Below are positions 35,950 to 49,000 of a stretch of DNA of 64,000 nucleotides, in pieces. Within the stretch, counting starts at the first letter, position 1, and each line of letters opens with the position of its first letter. The position numbers and the translations under genes are program-made. The stretch comes from Eledone cirrhosa (Eukaryota). Location of the stretch: the NCBI GenBank assembly GCA_964016885.1, contig OZ024741.1, positions 309,628,001 through 309,692,000 on the forward strand, written 5' to 3'. The notes beneath the pieces were generated by a model, which saw only the letters and a list, made by a program, of their open reading frames with translations, had not been told where the DNA came from and ran no database searches.

Positions 35950-37130
35950 CAAATAAGGTGGTTGAAAATCAGTTGAATTTGTTAAATATTTCCACTTAGC
36001 AAACAGTTGGGTTTTGCGATGGAGGCATCTGCTAAAAATTTTGCTTTTTAAGTTGAAATAAATTTTGTTTGGCAATGACAAACCTTGTAATATCCTAAAT
36101 TTCTCACTCAGACAAAGACAACATTTCTTGGTACCATTGGTGTAAGGACTGGATTTTTTTAAATATCTTCCAAGAGATCTTATGTAGGACTCCTTTCTCC
36201 TTTAATTGCCAGACTTTTTCGCCATGGCTGTACTAGTTCTCATATCACGATTCCTGAAGGAGTGGAGATGCATGTAAAAACATTGTTTAAAACAATCTAG
36301 CACCATATGGACGTATTATTCGCTGACTTCAGAATTTTCTGTGTTGTGTGTAATCTGTACCTCATACACAATGGATTTGCTATTATATTTCTGTTGGAGA
36401 GAGCAGTTCTCCTTAATCCTACAAGAGCAGCTTGGATTACTGTCAGGTGTTTTTTTGGTCTTATAGACAGTCCACATGAATAGGATATGTTGACGGAATT
36501 ATGTTTGAATATTTCACTATATCTATATTGCGGTGGGAAATGTCTATCTAATAAATCTAAAAAAAATGTACCTACATTAGTCTTTACTTTAAGGGAAAAA
36601 GGGGTGAACCAAATAATTATTTTTCTGTTAGTATTTTTAGTGTGGTTGGATTGGGAATGATTGAGTGTTTACTTAATTTTGTCCTTAAAACCACTATCTA
36701 AGAGAGCTTGATTGTAGTAAGGTGCAGCCTTATCGAAAATCTCCCTAGCTGCTGATAGATTTGAGATCCTACAATTAATGTTAGAAACTAAGTTTTTAAA
36801 AGCAGCAAGGGAGTGGATTCAGGATTTATTAATATATTCCAAATTTTTGTTAGACTTATCTTATGGTTTTACAAAACTGTGGATAGGTCTAAGTTCACCT
36901 TGAGGAAATTTACATTAGTAAGATTTGTTTCAATCGTAATTTTAAGTCCTAGAGTACTAAATGTATCAATTAAATTTTTACAGAATCTCTCCGTTACAAT
37001 CTTGTGAAAATGAAAGACCGCTGTCACAGTACAGACCAAAGGAGTGGTTGGGGGATTTAGATTTTAGCGTATGAAGAATGTATAAACCGATAAGATTACA
37101 AACATCAGCACTGTTATAAGACCCCATGAA
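35950..37130 (-). pseudogene. Degenerate Penelope RT thumb/GIY-YIG remnant
   Basis: WFTPFSLKVKTNVG, SIVYEVQI, FKQCFYMHLHSF and KCCLCLSEK, with stops and frameshifts. Confidence 0.8.
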
Positions 37131-37136
37131 ATGTAT

Positions 37137-37372
37137 TTAACCCTTTCATTACCATATTTCTATTGAAAGACACTGCCTATGACTTTCAAATAATTTTCAA
37201 AATTATCAAGAATTTGGACGGCTTTAGTAAAATAACTAATTTTTTCATGATTAAGTTGTTGTTTGAAGCATAACTTAACAAAATTACGATGAAAGGGTTT
37301 TAGATACACATAAACACTTAAAAAACAGTTCTATATCATAAAACTAGGGTGGTTTGGTATCAAAAGGGTTAC
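37137..37372. mobile_element. piggyBac-like MITE
   Basis: TTAA-CCCTTT...AAAGGG-TTAC. Confidence 0.75.
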
Positions 37373-37420
37373 TGTGTTGTTATTTCTGATTTTTTCATTG
37401 GAATCTCTTGTTTACTTCAG

Positions 37421-37520
37421 TTGTTTTCAGAATTCAAGAAATGGTCCTGTTATCAATGAACTGGTTTCCCACTCTCTCAATACATTATATCTGGGACAGA
37501 AAACCCCTCAAAATACAATG
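37421..37520 (+). CDS. ERMARD: ERMARD-like exon (CFQNSRNGPVINELVSHSLNTLYLGQKTPQNTM)
   Basis: cttcag acceptor and ATG|GTAAAT donor; phase 2/0; resembles LLRELCSTPVPTLFC. Confidence 0.75.
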
Positions 37521-37555
37521 GTAAATTTGTTAAAAATTGTTCCATTATTTCAATT

Positions 37556-37636
<81 letters not shown>

Positions 37637-37777
37637 TATGTCTTCTCCCATTAACATAGTCTGTATATATTCACACATATATGTGTGATTGTGTGTGTGG
37701 TTGTAAGTATGTACATATATGTATATATATATATATAGAGAGAGGGGGGGAATGGCTAAGCTACAAGCCCTATTTCT

Positions 37778-37815
<38 letters not shown>

Positions 37816-37919
37816 CACCATCACCACCATATTACATCCAGCCTGACTGTTGAACCACCCACTCATGAACAATTCTATGTTAAGCATCAAATCAATTCTA
37901 TGAAAAAATATTATCCAAG

Positions 37920-38090
37920 CACTTAACAGAGTAGCTGTTTGAGTACTTAACCTAATTTTGTTTTTATTATCATATATTGTTTCAAGCTTTAATGTTTTAG
38001 CAATGTGGCTCAGTTTTTCTCCCACATCAAATCTTTGTAAAACATAAAGCTTACCCGCTATGCAAATTTCCACAATGATCTGTGCACTAG
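37920..38090 (-). pseudogene. Tigger/pogo transposase N-terminal HTH remnant
   Basis: KLYVLQRFDVGEKLSHIAKTL..IYDNKNKI resembles the CENP-B/psq-type HTH. Confidence 0.5.
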
Positions 38091-38299
38091 TAAATATACT
38101 ATAAACATTTGGATTAAAACTACTTTTAGATATGTTCTGCTAATTCATTACATGATACTGGGAGTTATTGATTCTCATACATCCAATTCTTTATCTTAGT
38201 TCATCAATTTCTTGTGTTATACCACATGAAACCAAATTAGCAAGATATATAAGTACAAAACAGCACATTGATTGCACCTTCTTTATCTTCTTCACTGAC

Positions 38300-38880
38300 T
38301 TATTCCTGAAAGGATCATGGGGGCAGAGTCCTCAAACACTCCTTCCAGCAGGTCCTGTCAGAAGCAACCATCTCCAACTGATCTGGCTGGATCCCCACTC
38401 GAGACCAGCCAACCTCATGGATGTTATCCAACCATCTGGGTCTCCTGCCGATTGTTTTTGCCCGTAAAATCTGTCCAGTGATTCTTTCCTGAGAAATTCT
38501 AACCATACACCCATAGCATCGGAGCTGAGATTTCTCAATTCAGAGTAGCGGTTCTACCTGGTGTGTCTCTCTGATCCCTGAGCTACGCACTCTATTGAGT
38601 AACATTGCTCCAAAGACACTTCAGAGGAACTCCATTTTGGCTGCTTATATTCGCGATGGTATTCTTTAGGTCATTACTCAAAATTCATCAAACATAGGTA
38701 AGGGTTGACATGAATACTGAATTGAAGATAGCGAGTTTGGCTTTTACACCTACCTCCCTTCTGTTTACCGGATGCTAAAGCTGCAGCATTACTACACCAT
38801 CTTCTGCAATTCTTGCACTTAATTCAGCCTCCTGCCTTCTATCACTCGTGGACACAGACCCAAGATACTGGAACTACAAT
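38300..38880 (-). pseudogene. Old RTE-type LINE 3' remnant (related remnant at 39880-40150)
   Basis: MVRISQERITGQILRAK..RRPRWLDNI. Confidence 0.6.
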
Positions 38881-39065
38881 GATTGCATCACATTAAAAAT
38901 TAATATATTTACTTTAGTTCACTGCAAATATTTACAACAATCTGTCCACTAGTGAGGATATTATAAGCATTTGAATTAACAAACCTGTTTTAGATATTTT
39001 CTGCTAAATCATTACAGAATATTAATAGTTAAGGAATTTTTTTTATGTTTTCAATATATTTATAG

Positions 39066-39253
39066 ATCACACCTGAAAACAACACAGTTATTGTCCAGAC
39101 CAATGAAGTAGTGTCTTTATTGCAACGGGTGTCACAGCATGCTGTTGAAATACTGCAACAAATGGAAGCAAATGTTACACAGAAAATGGATTTACTGCAA
39201 CAGAAAAAACTGAGATCAAGGGCCCGGGTCACTTTGAAGACAATGGTTGTAAG
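39066..39253 (+). CDS. ERMARD: ERMARD-like exon (ITPENN...EVVSLLQRVS...KKLRSRARVTLKTMVV)
   Basis: tatag acceptor; LRSR motif as in vertebrate RTLRSRQRQNY; the phase-2 end AG|GTCTGC is required by the next exon. Confidence 0.88.
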
Positions 39254-40226
39254 GTCTGCTCTACATACGCTCACTCTCACACAGACACTCATGCACACGT
39301 GCGCATACACACACCCACATGCACACGCACATATATACACACACATGCACTTAAACATATACATGCATATACACATACATATACACATAAACACTCATGC
39401 ACACACACACACACACACACATGGAATACACCTCTGTCGATTTCAATATTGAGTGTTCTTCTTTCTTGATCAACAGAATAACTTGCTATTGAAATTAACA
39501 TGCAAAAGGTTGAGCCTTCCATAGACATGTGTCCCCTTAACTTAGTTCTCAGGAAGATTCAGCAAGACACAGCGTGTGGGATATAGCTAGCTCTTTGAAT
39601 TACAGAATTCAATAGGCTTCCAAGTAATTTCCATTTACCCAATTTTATTCACAAGTTATTGAGTATATAACAACCTTACTAGTGTTGCTACCATGATAAA
39701 ATGTACCCAGTACACTCTGTAAGGTAGTTGGCATTAAGAAAGGTATCCAGCTGTAGAAACCATGCCAAAAATGAAATGTATATAAGCAGGAAGAAATACT
39801 GAGGCATTTTTAATTTGAGGCTCTAACAACTCTGCCAATTCACTGCCTTGATAGTTGTGGTGGTACTACTTCTTCTTCTTCCTGGAAGGCTAGTGAGGAC
39901 AGAGTCCTGTCAGAAGTAACTGTCTCCAAAATTGATCCAACTGGATCCTTAAGGGAAACCAGCCAAGCTCATGGTCTTGCTTATGGTCTACCTCTGAATC
40001 TCCTGCCTGTTGGTTTTGCCCATAAAATCTGCTCAGCAATTCTTTCTTGAGACATTCTGACCACATGCCTGTAATATCAGAGAAGTGATCTCTCAATTTG
40101 TTGAAGTAGTAGCTCTCCCAGGAACGACTCCCTGATCTCTGCTCTGACTTATGCACCCTAGGAGTAACGGGGTTCCTCTAAATACATATACTAACATGCA
40201 AAATATGTTTTCTTCTATTTCTTCAG

Positions 40227-40340
40227 CGTGCCATGTTTATGCCATGCATTCCAAACCATCATGCTCCATGTACTCTCACAAATCTATTCTATTGAGACAT
40301 TCTATAAGTTATCAACACAAGAGAAAACAGGGATTGTAAA
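40227..40340 (+). CDS. ERMARD: ERMARD-like exon (VPCLCHAFQTIMLHVLSQIYSIETFYKLSTQEKTGIV)
   Basis: cttcag acceptor and AA|GTAAGT donor; phase 2/2; moderately hydrophobic segment where the ERMARD transmembrane helix is predicted. Confidence 0.8.
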
Positions 40341-40460
40341 GTAAGTGATGCTTTTGTACCCTTTTTTGGGGGGGGGAGGGGTCGTTTTTTAATGTTTGTT
40401 TGAGATGACTGATGTCTCATACATAACACCCCCCTAATCCTTATCAAATTCATCATCATT

Positions 40461-40645
40461 GTGGATTGGCAGTATCGGTAGAGGGTCAGACACCATGCTT
40501 TCCAGCATAGTTACGTCCCTTTATGATCTGAGTTCAAATCCCGCCAAGGTTGACTTTGCCTTTCATCCTTACAGGGTCGATAAAATAAAGTACCAGCAAT
40601 GCACTGGGTAATTGCTGGCCTTGTGCCAAAAGTAGAAACATTATC
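40461..40645 (+). mobile_element. SINE family A
   Basis: Near-identical to the 19390 copy. Confidence 0.85.
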
Positions 40646-40669
40646 ACTATTAGCATTATTATCATCTTC

Positions 40670-41520
40670 ACTGAGGGAGTTACTGCCACTGCTAGCTGTA
40701 AAAGGCTTTTCCCTCAAAATGAAAGGCAGACTGTATGATGTGTGTATACGAACAGCAATGTTACATGGTAGTGAGACCTGGGCGCTGTCTGTAGAAGACT
40801 TGCATAGATTAGAAAGAAACGAAGCTTGCATGCTCCGACGGATGTGTAATAGTAATATACGCGAACGGCAAAGCATAAATGAATTGAGAGAGAGACTGAG
40901 CATAAGAGGAATCAAATGCTGTGTGCAGGAGAGGAGGTTGTGTTGGTATGGACATGTGATGCGTATGAAGGATGACATCTGCATAAAAAGGTGCAGAGCA
41001 CTAGAAGTTAATGGAAGTTGCGGAGTGGGGAGACTCTAGAAGACCTGGGATGAGGTGATAAAAGCCAACCTTACCCAATTGCACCTCTCAAAGGCGATGA
41101 CACATGACCGTGAACTCTGGCGCCATGCAGTAATACAGAAGACCCGACTTCCCATGGGTACAAGCCAAAGCTGAAGCATATAGACAATATGCCCCCACAC
41201 CCTCCCACTGCAAAGTGGTCATAGAAGTGCCACAGGAAAAAAGCACCCAGCACTCACTGTAAAGTGGACGTGTAGATGCCACAGGAAAAAAGCACCCAGC
41301 ACTCACTGTAAAGTGGACGTGTAGGCGCCACGGCAAAAAAGCACCCAGCACTCACTGTAAATGAGGTTGGTGTTAGGAAGGGCATCCAGCTGTAGAAATC
41401 AAGCCAGAATCGGTTCCTGTATGAGCAAGACAAGGTAAGCTGACCGGACACTGCCCACAACAGCACAACCTGTCTAACCCATGCTAGCGTGGAAGAACGG
41501 ACATAAAACGGTGATGACGA
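40670..41520 (+). mobile_element. RTE LINE 3' fragment with ~47-bp tandem repeats in its UTR
   Basis: LRELLPLL..GRLYDVC..HGSETW..RLCWYGHV; three AAAAAAGCACCCAGCACTCACTGTAAA units at 41235-41360. Confidence 0.88.
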
Positions 41521-41561
41521 TGATGATGATGACTATCATCATTATCATCATCGCCAACATT

Positions 41562-41600
<39 letters not shown>

Positions 41601-41700
41601 GCCAACATTATCATCATCATCATCATCATCATCATCCTCATCATCCTCATCATCATCATCCTCATCATCATCATTGGCATCATCATCACTATCATCGTTT
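41512..41700. repeat. (GAT)n/(CAT)n microsatellite formed by adjoining element tails
   Basis: Directly visible. Confidence 0.9.
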
Positions 41701-42849
41701 TGCTTTCCATGCTGGCATGAGTTAGATGGGTTATCACGATTCAAGTTAATTCTTATTCACAGTTACTGCCCTAAATCCTATACCCCTAGATGGGTCAAGG
41801 GACCATATCTTGCTCGTATCTCCCAAATTTAGCATGATTACTGCAGCTCCTAACATAAACACATTACAGAGAAGTTGTTTGTTGAGTCAACAGCATAACT
41901 GCAAAGTCATATAGACTGTACATTTTCTCCACTCATTTTCCAAACATTTTACCATAGTCTGTGCTGGGTGTATGTTATTGTGGCATTACTGGTAGTCAGG
42001 TTGTATTATCAGTTGATCAAATTGATCAACAAGTTCTCAGACCTCATTCACTTACTGTGTGGGGTGGAACTCGTCAAATCAGACCAAAAAAACAATGTTT
42101 CCATTGATCTTTCCATTGCTGATACTATCTACCGATTGCAACTCCTGGCAGAAAGAGCAATGTTAAATAAAGTGTCTTGCTCAAGGAATCACCTGGTCCA
42201 GGAATCGAACTTGCAACCTGATGATTGCAAGTCCAAAGTCTCTAACCTCTAAGCCACATGCCTTCACAGGTTCTATTATACTAAACCCTTAACTACTGAT
42301 GGAGTCGTAGGAGTATGGTCTTGTTCATCTGAAACTTGGTGGAGCTCATCCCTCTCCAGGTCAAAACACATATGATTTTTTCCAGACATATAGAGAAAGA
42401 GAAGTGGAAAAGTGAGAATAGAAGAAGAATCAAACCAGTATTGGACTCAAATATCTCCCTCAAATCACTTCTTACTATATTTAAAAAAACTGAAAGTCAC
42501 AGTGAACAATGTACTTGGTCCTCGGTATACAAAATTCACTAGAAATAGCAGCCAAATATACTCCTCAAATCATTCTCTACCATCTTTAGAAAAAAAGGAC
42601 AAATACATTGGGTAATGTACTTAGTCATAGATATACAAAAAGACTAGATGGTCATAGGTGGAAGGCCTTTGCTCATAGGTTTAATAAATCAGAGTTGACC
42701 TGATATAGCAACAATATCAACAACATCATCATCATCAACTTCAATTAAAGGAAAACATGAGAAGAAATTTACAATTGGTATTTCCAGGTGTGTGGGATAG
42801 AAGTGAATTCAAAGATATAGTTTTCAAGTGTGAAACAATTGTTTATAAC

Positions 42850-43022
42850 AATAATTGTTTCTACTTTTGGCACAAGGCCAGCAATCACCCAGTACATTAC
42901 TGCTATTTTATTTTATCAACCCCATAACGATGAAAGGCAAAGTTAACGTCGGCAGGATTTGAATTCAGGCAATAAAGGGACGTAACTATGCTGGAAAGCA
43001 TGGCACCCGACCCTCTACCGAT
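42850..43022 (-). mobile_element. SINE family A
   Basis: Reverse complement of the shared core and tail. Confidence 0.8.
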
Positions 43023-43172
43023 GTAGTGGGTCAATCACTATAAATAATGTAAATTATTTATAGTGATCCCAATTCTTCTTAAATCAAATGTTGTTTACAA
43101 AGATAATAATAATTAGAAGAATTTCTAATATAAGTACTGGAAGATAAAGAGGAATAATAGATTAATATAGGC

Positions 43173-43486
43173 CAGAGGTTCTCAAACTCCCCCCCCCCTC
43201 ACGACCACACAATACCCTCAGTGCCCCCACCCCTATTTCTATTTCCAGAGAGACCTGCCTGCACACAAATCATAAATAATATATAATAGATAAAATCGTG
43301 AATTTATATATAATAAATAATATAATATAAACTATGTATAAATAAATATTTTATGTTTTTATTTTACTATATTTATATATAATATGTATCATTTGATATT
43401 TAATATACTATTATATCATCTCTACACCCCCCTGGACCTTTTCAACGATCCCCAGGGGGCTGTAGCATTCACTTTGAGAACCTCTG
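43173..43486. mobile_element. hAT (Charlie-like) MITE
   Basis: TIRs CAGAGGTTCTCAAA / TTTGAGAACCTCTG; degenerate 8-bp TSD ATATAGGC / ATATAAGT. Confidence 0.8.
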
Positions 43487-43646
43487 ATATAAGTAGTCAG
43501 GGCTGGACAAAGCCCTTTTAAGGCCCTAAGTAGGGGGGGAAATGGCTAGTGAGAGAAACACACACACATAAACACATACTTGCTAAGGTGTGGGGAGAGG
43601 AGAATATTAATTTTATAATCCTTCTTTTCTTATTTATAATCCATAG

Positions 43647-43791
43647 ATGTCTGAAACAGACTTTGAAATATTTTGAAAACCAGAAGACTTTCACAAGTTT
43701 AGACAAGAACCGATGGACTGAAAGTATGGATTCTACATCGCTTTATTTTGAAACAGTTTCCCAAAAATGGTTACAAATTCACAGAAATTCG
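43647..43791 (+). CDS. ERMARD: ERMARD-like exon (CLKQTLKYFENQKTFTSLDKNRWTES...HRNS); may read through to the stop at 43917
   Basis: ccatag acceptor, phase 2; matches vertebrate [23 protein letters not shown] (from memory). Confidence 0.87.
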
Positions 43792-44671
43792 GTAACAGAA
43801 TTTTGTGTTTTATATATTTCAGACAAAACAAAATATTTATGTGTCTTATTCTATCATTCCACCATTTTTCCTGCTAAAGTAGGGACAAACATTTTTCCAT
43901 TTTTCCATATTGTTTGAATCCCACCATAATCTCCATCCATTCCAGCTTTCCTCTTCCATCATCTTTAGCATTGTCTTTCTTGATATTCCCTTTCCTCAAC
44001 TTCTTTCCGCATTCATTTCCATTATTCCTCTCACCCAATCATCATCACAATCCATTTCTCTTCACAGAATTACTCTGCAATTCATTGTTTGTCTTCTTCT
44101 TTCTAAGTGATACTCCACTCATTCTACTCTTTCATCATCATCACCATTTTACGTCAATTTTTCCATGCTACCATGAGTTAGATGGGTTGTCCTGTTGTGG
44201 GCAATGCTAGGTCAGGTGACCATGTCATGCTCATACAGAACCGATTTGGGCTTGGTTTCTACAGCTGGATGCCCTTCCTAACACCAACCTCATTTACAGT
44301 GAGTACTGGGTGGTTTTTTGTCATGTCACTGGCATGACCACTTTACAGTGTGGACTGGCTGTTTTTGTCGTGTCACCAACACAACCACTTTACAGTGTGG
44401 GCTGAGTGCTTTTTGTTGTGACATCTACACTTTTTATTGATTTAAAAAAGGAAATTTAGTTAATGTTACCTACTTAACAAGGCCGAGATTCTAAATTACT
44501 AAATACCTATGTGATACTGGACATGGATTGTATGAAGTGTTGGATTGGTAGAATCATTAGAGCATTGGACAAAAAGCTTTGCAGTGTTTTGGGGGAGATT
44601 TTTTCGGATATTTACATTCTAAATTCAAATCCTGCCATGGTCTACTTTGCGTTCTTCCAGGGTCTACGAAA

Positions 44672-44862
44672 CAGACCTGTTAACTCTCCCCATCTGACAG
44701 GGAGATGTCCCATCTACTTTGGGGTGGTTGAGAGATGTCTTCTCTTGTGAAAATGGGTATAATCTATTGTGTAAAATCTCCCCATTTACCTCATTTTTCC
44801 TTGTTTTGGGCACTTTTTTTCATGGTACTTCTTGTTTGGATTTTTAGAGGTTGGCAGGTCTG
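44672..44862. mobile_element. hAT-like MITE inserted in an old SINE (related copy at ~8017-8195)
   Basis: TIRs CAGACCTGTTAAC / GTTGGCAGGTCTG. Confidence 0.65.
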
Positions 44863-45235
44863 ATAAAATAAAGTACCAGTCATGTACTGGGGGGGGGGGG
44901 GGTTAATCAGTTAATCAGCTTTCTTCTTCCCCCAAATTGTTGGCTTTGTGCCAATACTAGAAAAAATTATTATTCTTAGTTCGGTGGAATAGAAGAGTCA
45001 TTGGAACATCAAACAAGTGCTTAGCAGTATTTGTTCTGGCTCTTTACATTCTGCTTTCAAATCCTACCTAGATCAACATTGCCTTTCATCCTTCAAGAGT
45101 CGATAAAATAGAGTACCAGTCACGTACTGGGTCGATATATTCAACTTTTCCCTCCCCCTCAAAATCTTGGACATGTTCCTAAATTAGAAATCTATTTTTG
45201 TTATTATTATTATTATTTGCATTGCTGTGTCTCAG

Positions 45236-45256
45236 AAGAATGGATTTCTGGATTAA
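45236..45256 (+). CDS. ERMARD: Possible terminal ERMARD exon (KNGFLD*)
   Basis: ctcag acceptor in phase 0, TAA stop, and AATAAA at 45278; no homology support. Confidence 0.35.
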   Translation, partial: KNGFLD

Positions 45257-45439
45257 CCTACACTACATTCTTGACATAATAAACACAGTTATTCAAGTCT
45301 CTCCATAATTGCTGATGGGACTTGGGAAATAGAAGAGAGATTTCTCTAAAGGTGGACAGGATGGTGGGTGTATGGTGGGGAGGTTACTTGTTAGGGTAGG
45401 AAGAAGACATTGCAAATGTGAGGTATCAACTGTCTTAAC

Positions 45440-45662
45440 TTGACTACTAATACAACTAATATTACTACTACTGCTGCTGCCATTACTACTACTACTACTA
45501 CTACTACTACTGCTACTGCTATTATTACTACTATTACTGCTATTGCTACTGTCACTACCACTACTACTACTACTACTACTACTATTACTACTACTACTAT
45601 TACTGCTGCTGCTGTTATTACTACTACTACTGCTGCTACTACTACTATTGCTGTTGCTGCTA
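45440..45662. repeat. (ACT/GCT/ATT)n cryptic trinucleotide microsatellite
   Basis: Directly visible. Confidence 0.9.
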
Positions 45663-46049
45663 CATATAGAGTGTAATGCTAAAACAATAAACATATACAC
45701 ACAACACACAAAGACACGCACACACACATAAATACAAACAATGCACTCCTGGATACAGTACTAAAAATAAGGTGAGAGGGTCGTGGCTGAAACACCTCTG
45801 ATCATAACTCTGTTGTATTTCTTGATTATGGCTGACCCAGGGCTAAACAACACACCATACCATGCCAAAAATAAACCAGAAAATGTTGAATATATATTGC
45901 AAACATTTCCCAAGCCCCTGAAAAACAAACCAGACACACAGCTACCCCTGACCCCACCCCACCCCCCACCCTGGTTTCTAATCTGTGAAACAATGTATCA
46001 TTGTGTTTTTAAGAAATATTTATAATAGTTCAAACAAAGCTAACACCTG

Positions 46050-49000
46050 GTGTTGATGGTAGTGGTGGTGGTGGTATTGTTGTTGTTGGTGGTGTGGTGG
46101 TGGTGGTATTGTTGTTGGTGGTGGTGTGGTGGTTATGGTATTGTTGTTGTTGGTGGTGTGGTGGTGATTATGGTTATAGTGTTGGTAGTGATGATAGTGT
46201 TGCTGGTGGTAAATATAGTTACAGTGGCAGCATTATTGGTGGTGGTGGTAGTGGCAGTGGTTGTGGTAGTGGTTGTGGCAGCGGTTGTGGTAGTGGTTGT
46301 GGCAGTGGTTGTGGTAGTGGTAGTGGTAGTGGCAGTGGTTGTGGTAGTATTTGTGGCAGTGGTTGTGGCAGTGGTTGTCGTAGTGGTTGTGGCAGTGGTA
46401 GTGGCAGTGGTTGTGGTAGTGGCAGTGGTAGTGGTAGTGGCAGTGGTTGTGGTAGTATTTGTGGCAGTGGTTGTGGCAGTGGTAGTGGCAGTGGTTGTGG
46501 TAGTGGTTGTGGCAGTGGTAGTGGCAGTGGTTGTGGTAGTGGCAGTGGTTGTGGCAGTGGTTGTGGCAGTGGTAGTGGCAGTGGTTGTGGTAGTGGCAGT
46601 GGTTGTAGCAGTGGTTGTGGCAGTGGTAGTGGCAGTGGTTGTGGCAGTGGTTGTGGCATGGTAGTGGCAGTGGTTGTGGAAGTGGTAGTGGCAGAGGTTG
46701 TGGCAGTGGTTGTGGCAGTGGTAGTGGCAGTGGTAGTGGCAGAGGTTGTGGCAGTGGTTGTGGCGGTGGTAGTGGCAGTGTTTGTGACAGTGGTAGTGGC
46801 AGTGTTTGTGACAGTGGTAGTGGCAGAGGTTGTGGCAGTGGTTGTGGCAGTGGTTGTTGCAGTAGTAGTGGCAGTGGTTGTGGTTGTGGCAGTGGTAGTG
46901 GCAGTGGTAGTGGCAGTGGTAGTGGCAGTGGTAGTGGCAGTATTTGTGGCAGTGGTTGTGGCTGTGGTAGTGGCAGTGGTTGTGGTAGTGGTTGTGGCAG
47001 TGGTAGTGGCAGTGGTTGTGGCAGTGGTTGTGGCAGTGGTAGTGGCAGTGGTTGTGGCAGTGGTTGTGGTTGTGGCAGTGGTTGTGGTTGTGGCAGTGGT
47101 TGTGGCAGTGGTAGTGGCAGTGGTTGTGGCAGTGGTAGTGGCAGTGGTAGTGGCAGTGGTTGTGGCAGTGGTAGTGGCAGTGGTTGTGGCAGTGGTTGTA
47201 GCAGTGGTAGTGGCAGTGGTTGTGGCAGTGGTAGTGGCAGTGGTAGTGGCAGTGGTTGTGGCAGTGGTAGTGGCAGTGGTTGTGGCAGTGGTTGTAGCAG
47301 TGGTTGTGGTAGTGGCAGTGGTTGTGGCAGTGGTTGTGTCGTGGTAGTGGCAGTGGTTGTGGCAGAGGTTGTGGCAGTGGTAGTGACAGTGGTAGTGGCA
47401 GAGGTTGTGGCAGTGGTAGTGTCAGTGGCAGTGGTTGTTGCAGTAGTAGTGGCAGTGGTTGTGGCAGTGGCAGTGGCAGTGGTTGTGGCAGTGGTAGTGG
47501 CAGTGGTAGTGGCAGTGATAGTGGCAGTATTTGTGGCAGTGGTTGTGGCTGTGGTAGTGGCAGTGGTTGTGGTAGTGGTTGTGGCAGTGGTAGTGGCAGT
47601 GGTTGTGGCAGTGGTTGTGGCAGTGGTAGTGGCAGTGGTAGTGGCAGTGGTTGTGGCAGTGGTTGTGGCAGTGGTTGTGGCAGTGGTAGTGGCAGTGGTT
47701 GTAGCAGTGGTAGTGGCAGTGGTAGTGGCAGTGGTTGTGGCAGTGGTAGTGGCAGTGGTTGTAGCAGTGGTTGTGGTAGTGGCAGTGGTTGTGGCAGTGG
47801 TTGTGGCAGTGGTTGTGGAAGTGGTAGTGGCAGAGGTTGTGGCAGTAGTAGTGGCAGTGGTAGTGGCAGAGGTTGTGGCAGTGGTAGTGGCAGTGGTTGT
47901 GACAGTGGTAGTGGCAGTGGTTGTGGCAGTGGTTGTGGCTGTGGTAGTGGAAGTGGTTGTGGTAGTGGCAGTGGTAATGGCAGTGGTTGTGGCAGTGGTA
48001 GTGGCAGTGGTTGTGGCAGTGGTTGTGGCAGTGGCAGTGGTTGTGGCAGTGGCAGTGGATGTGGCAGTGGTAGTGGCAGTGGTTGTGGCAGTAGTAGTGG
48101 CATTGGTTGTGGCAGTAGTAATGGCAGTGGTTGTGGCAGTGGTAGTGGCAGTGGCAGTGGTTGTGGCAGTGGTAGTGGCAGTGGTTGTGGAAGTGGCAGT
48201 GGTTGTGGCAGTGGCAGTGGTTGTGGCAGTGGTAGTGGCAGTGGTAGTGGCAGTGGTAGTGGCAGTGCTAGTGGCAGTGATAGTGGCAGTGGTTGTGGCA
48301 GCGGTAGTGGCAGTGGTAGTTACAGTGGTAGTGGCAGTGGTTGTGGCAGTGGTTGTGGCAGTGGTAGTGGCAGTGGTTGTGGCAGTGGTTGTGGCAGTGG
48401 TAGTGGCAGTGGTTGTGGCAGTGGTAGTGGCAGTGGTAGTTACAGTGCTAGTGGCAGTGGTAGTGGCAGTGGTTGTGGCAGTGGTTGTGGCAGTGGTAGT
48501 GGCAGTGGTTGTGGCAGTGGTTGTGGCAGTGGTTGTGGCAGTGGTAGTGGCAGTGGTTGTGGAAGTGGCAGTGGTTGTGGCAGTGGCAGTGGTTGTGGCA
48601 GTGGTAGTGGCAGTGGTAGTGGCAGTGGTAGTGGCAGTGCTAGTGGCAGTGGTAGTGGCAGTGGTTGTGGCAGCGGTAGTGGCAGTGGTAGTTACAGTGG
48701 TAGTGGCAGTGGTTGTGGCAGTGGTTGTGGGAGTGGTTGTGGCAGTGGTTGTGGCAGTGGCAGTGGCAGTGGTTGTGGCAGTGGCAGTGGTTGTTGCAGT
48801 AGTAGTGGCAGTGGTTGTGGCAGTGGTTGTGGCAGTGGTTGTGGCAGTGGAAGTGGTTGTGGCAGTGGCAGTGGCAGTGGCAGTGGTTGTGGCAGTGGTT
48901 GTGGTAGTGGCAGTGGTAGTTGCAGTGGTAGTGGCAGTGGTAGTAGCTGTGGTTGTGGCAGTGGTTGTGGAAGTGGTTGTGGCAGTGGTAGTGGCAGTGG

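Noticed and set aside
41474-41744. Poly-Asp, poly-Ile and poly-Met ORFs
   Set aside because: These are translations of a (CAT)n microsatellite.
45293-45727. 144-aa Ser-rich ORF on the - strand
   Set aside because: It is mostly microsatellite; the unique tail has no recognisable motif or clear splice acceptor.
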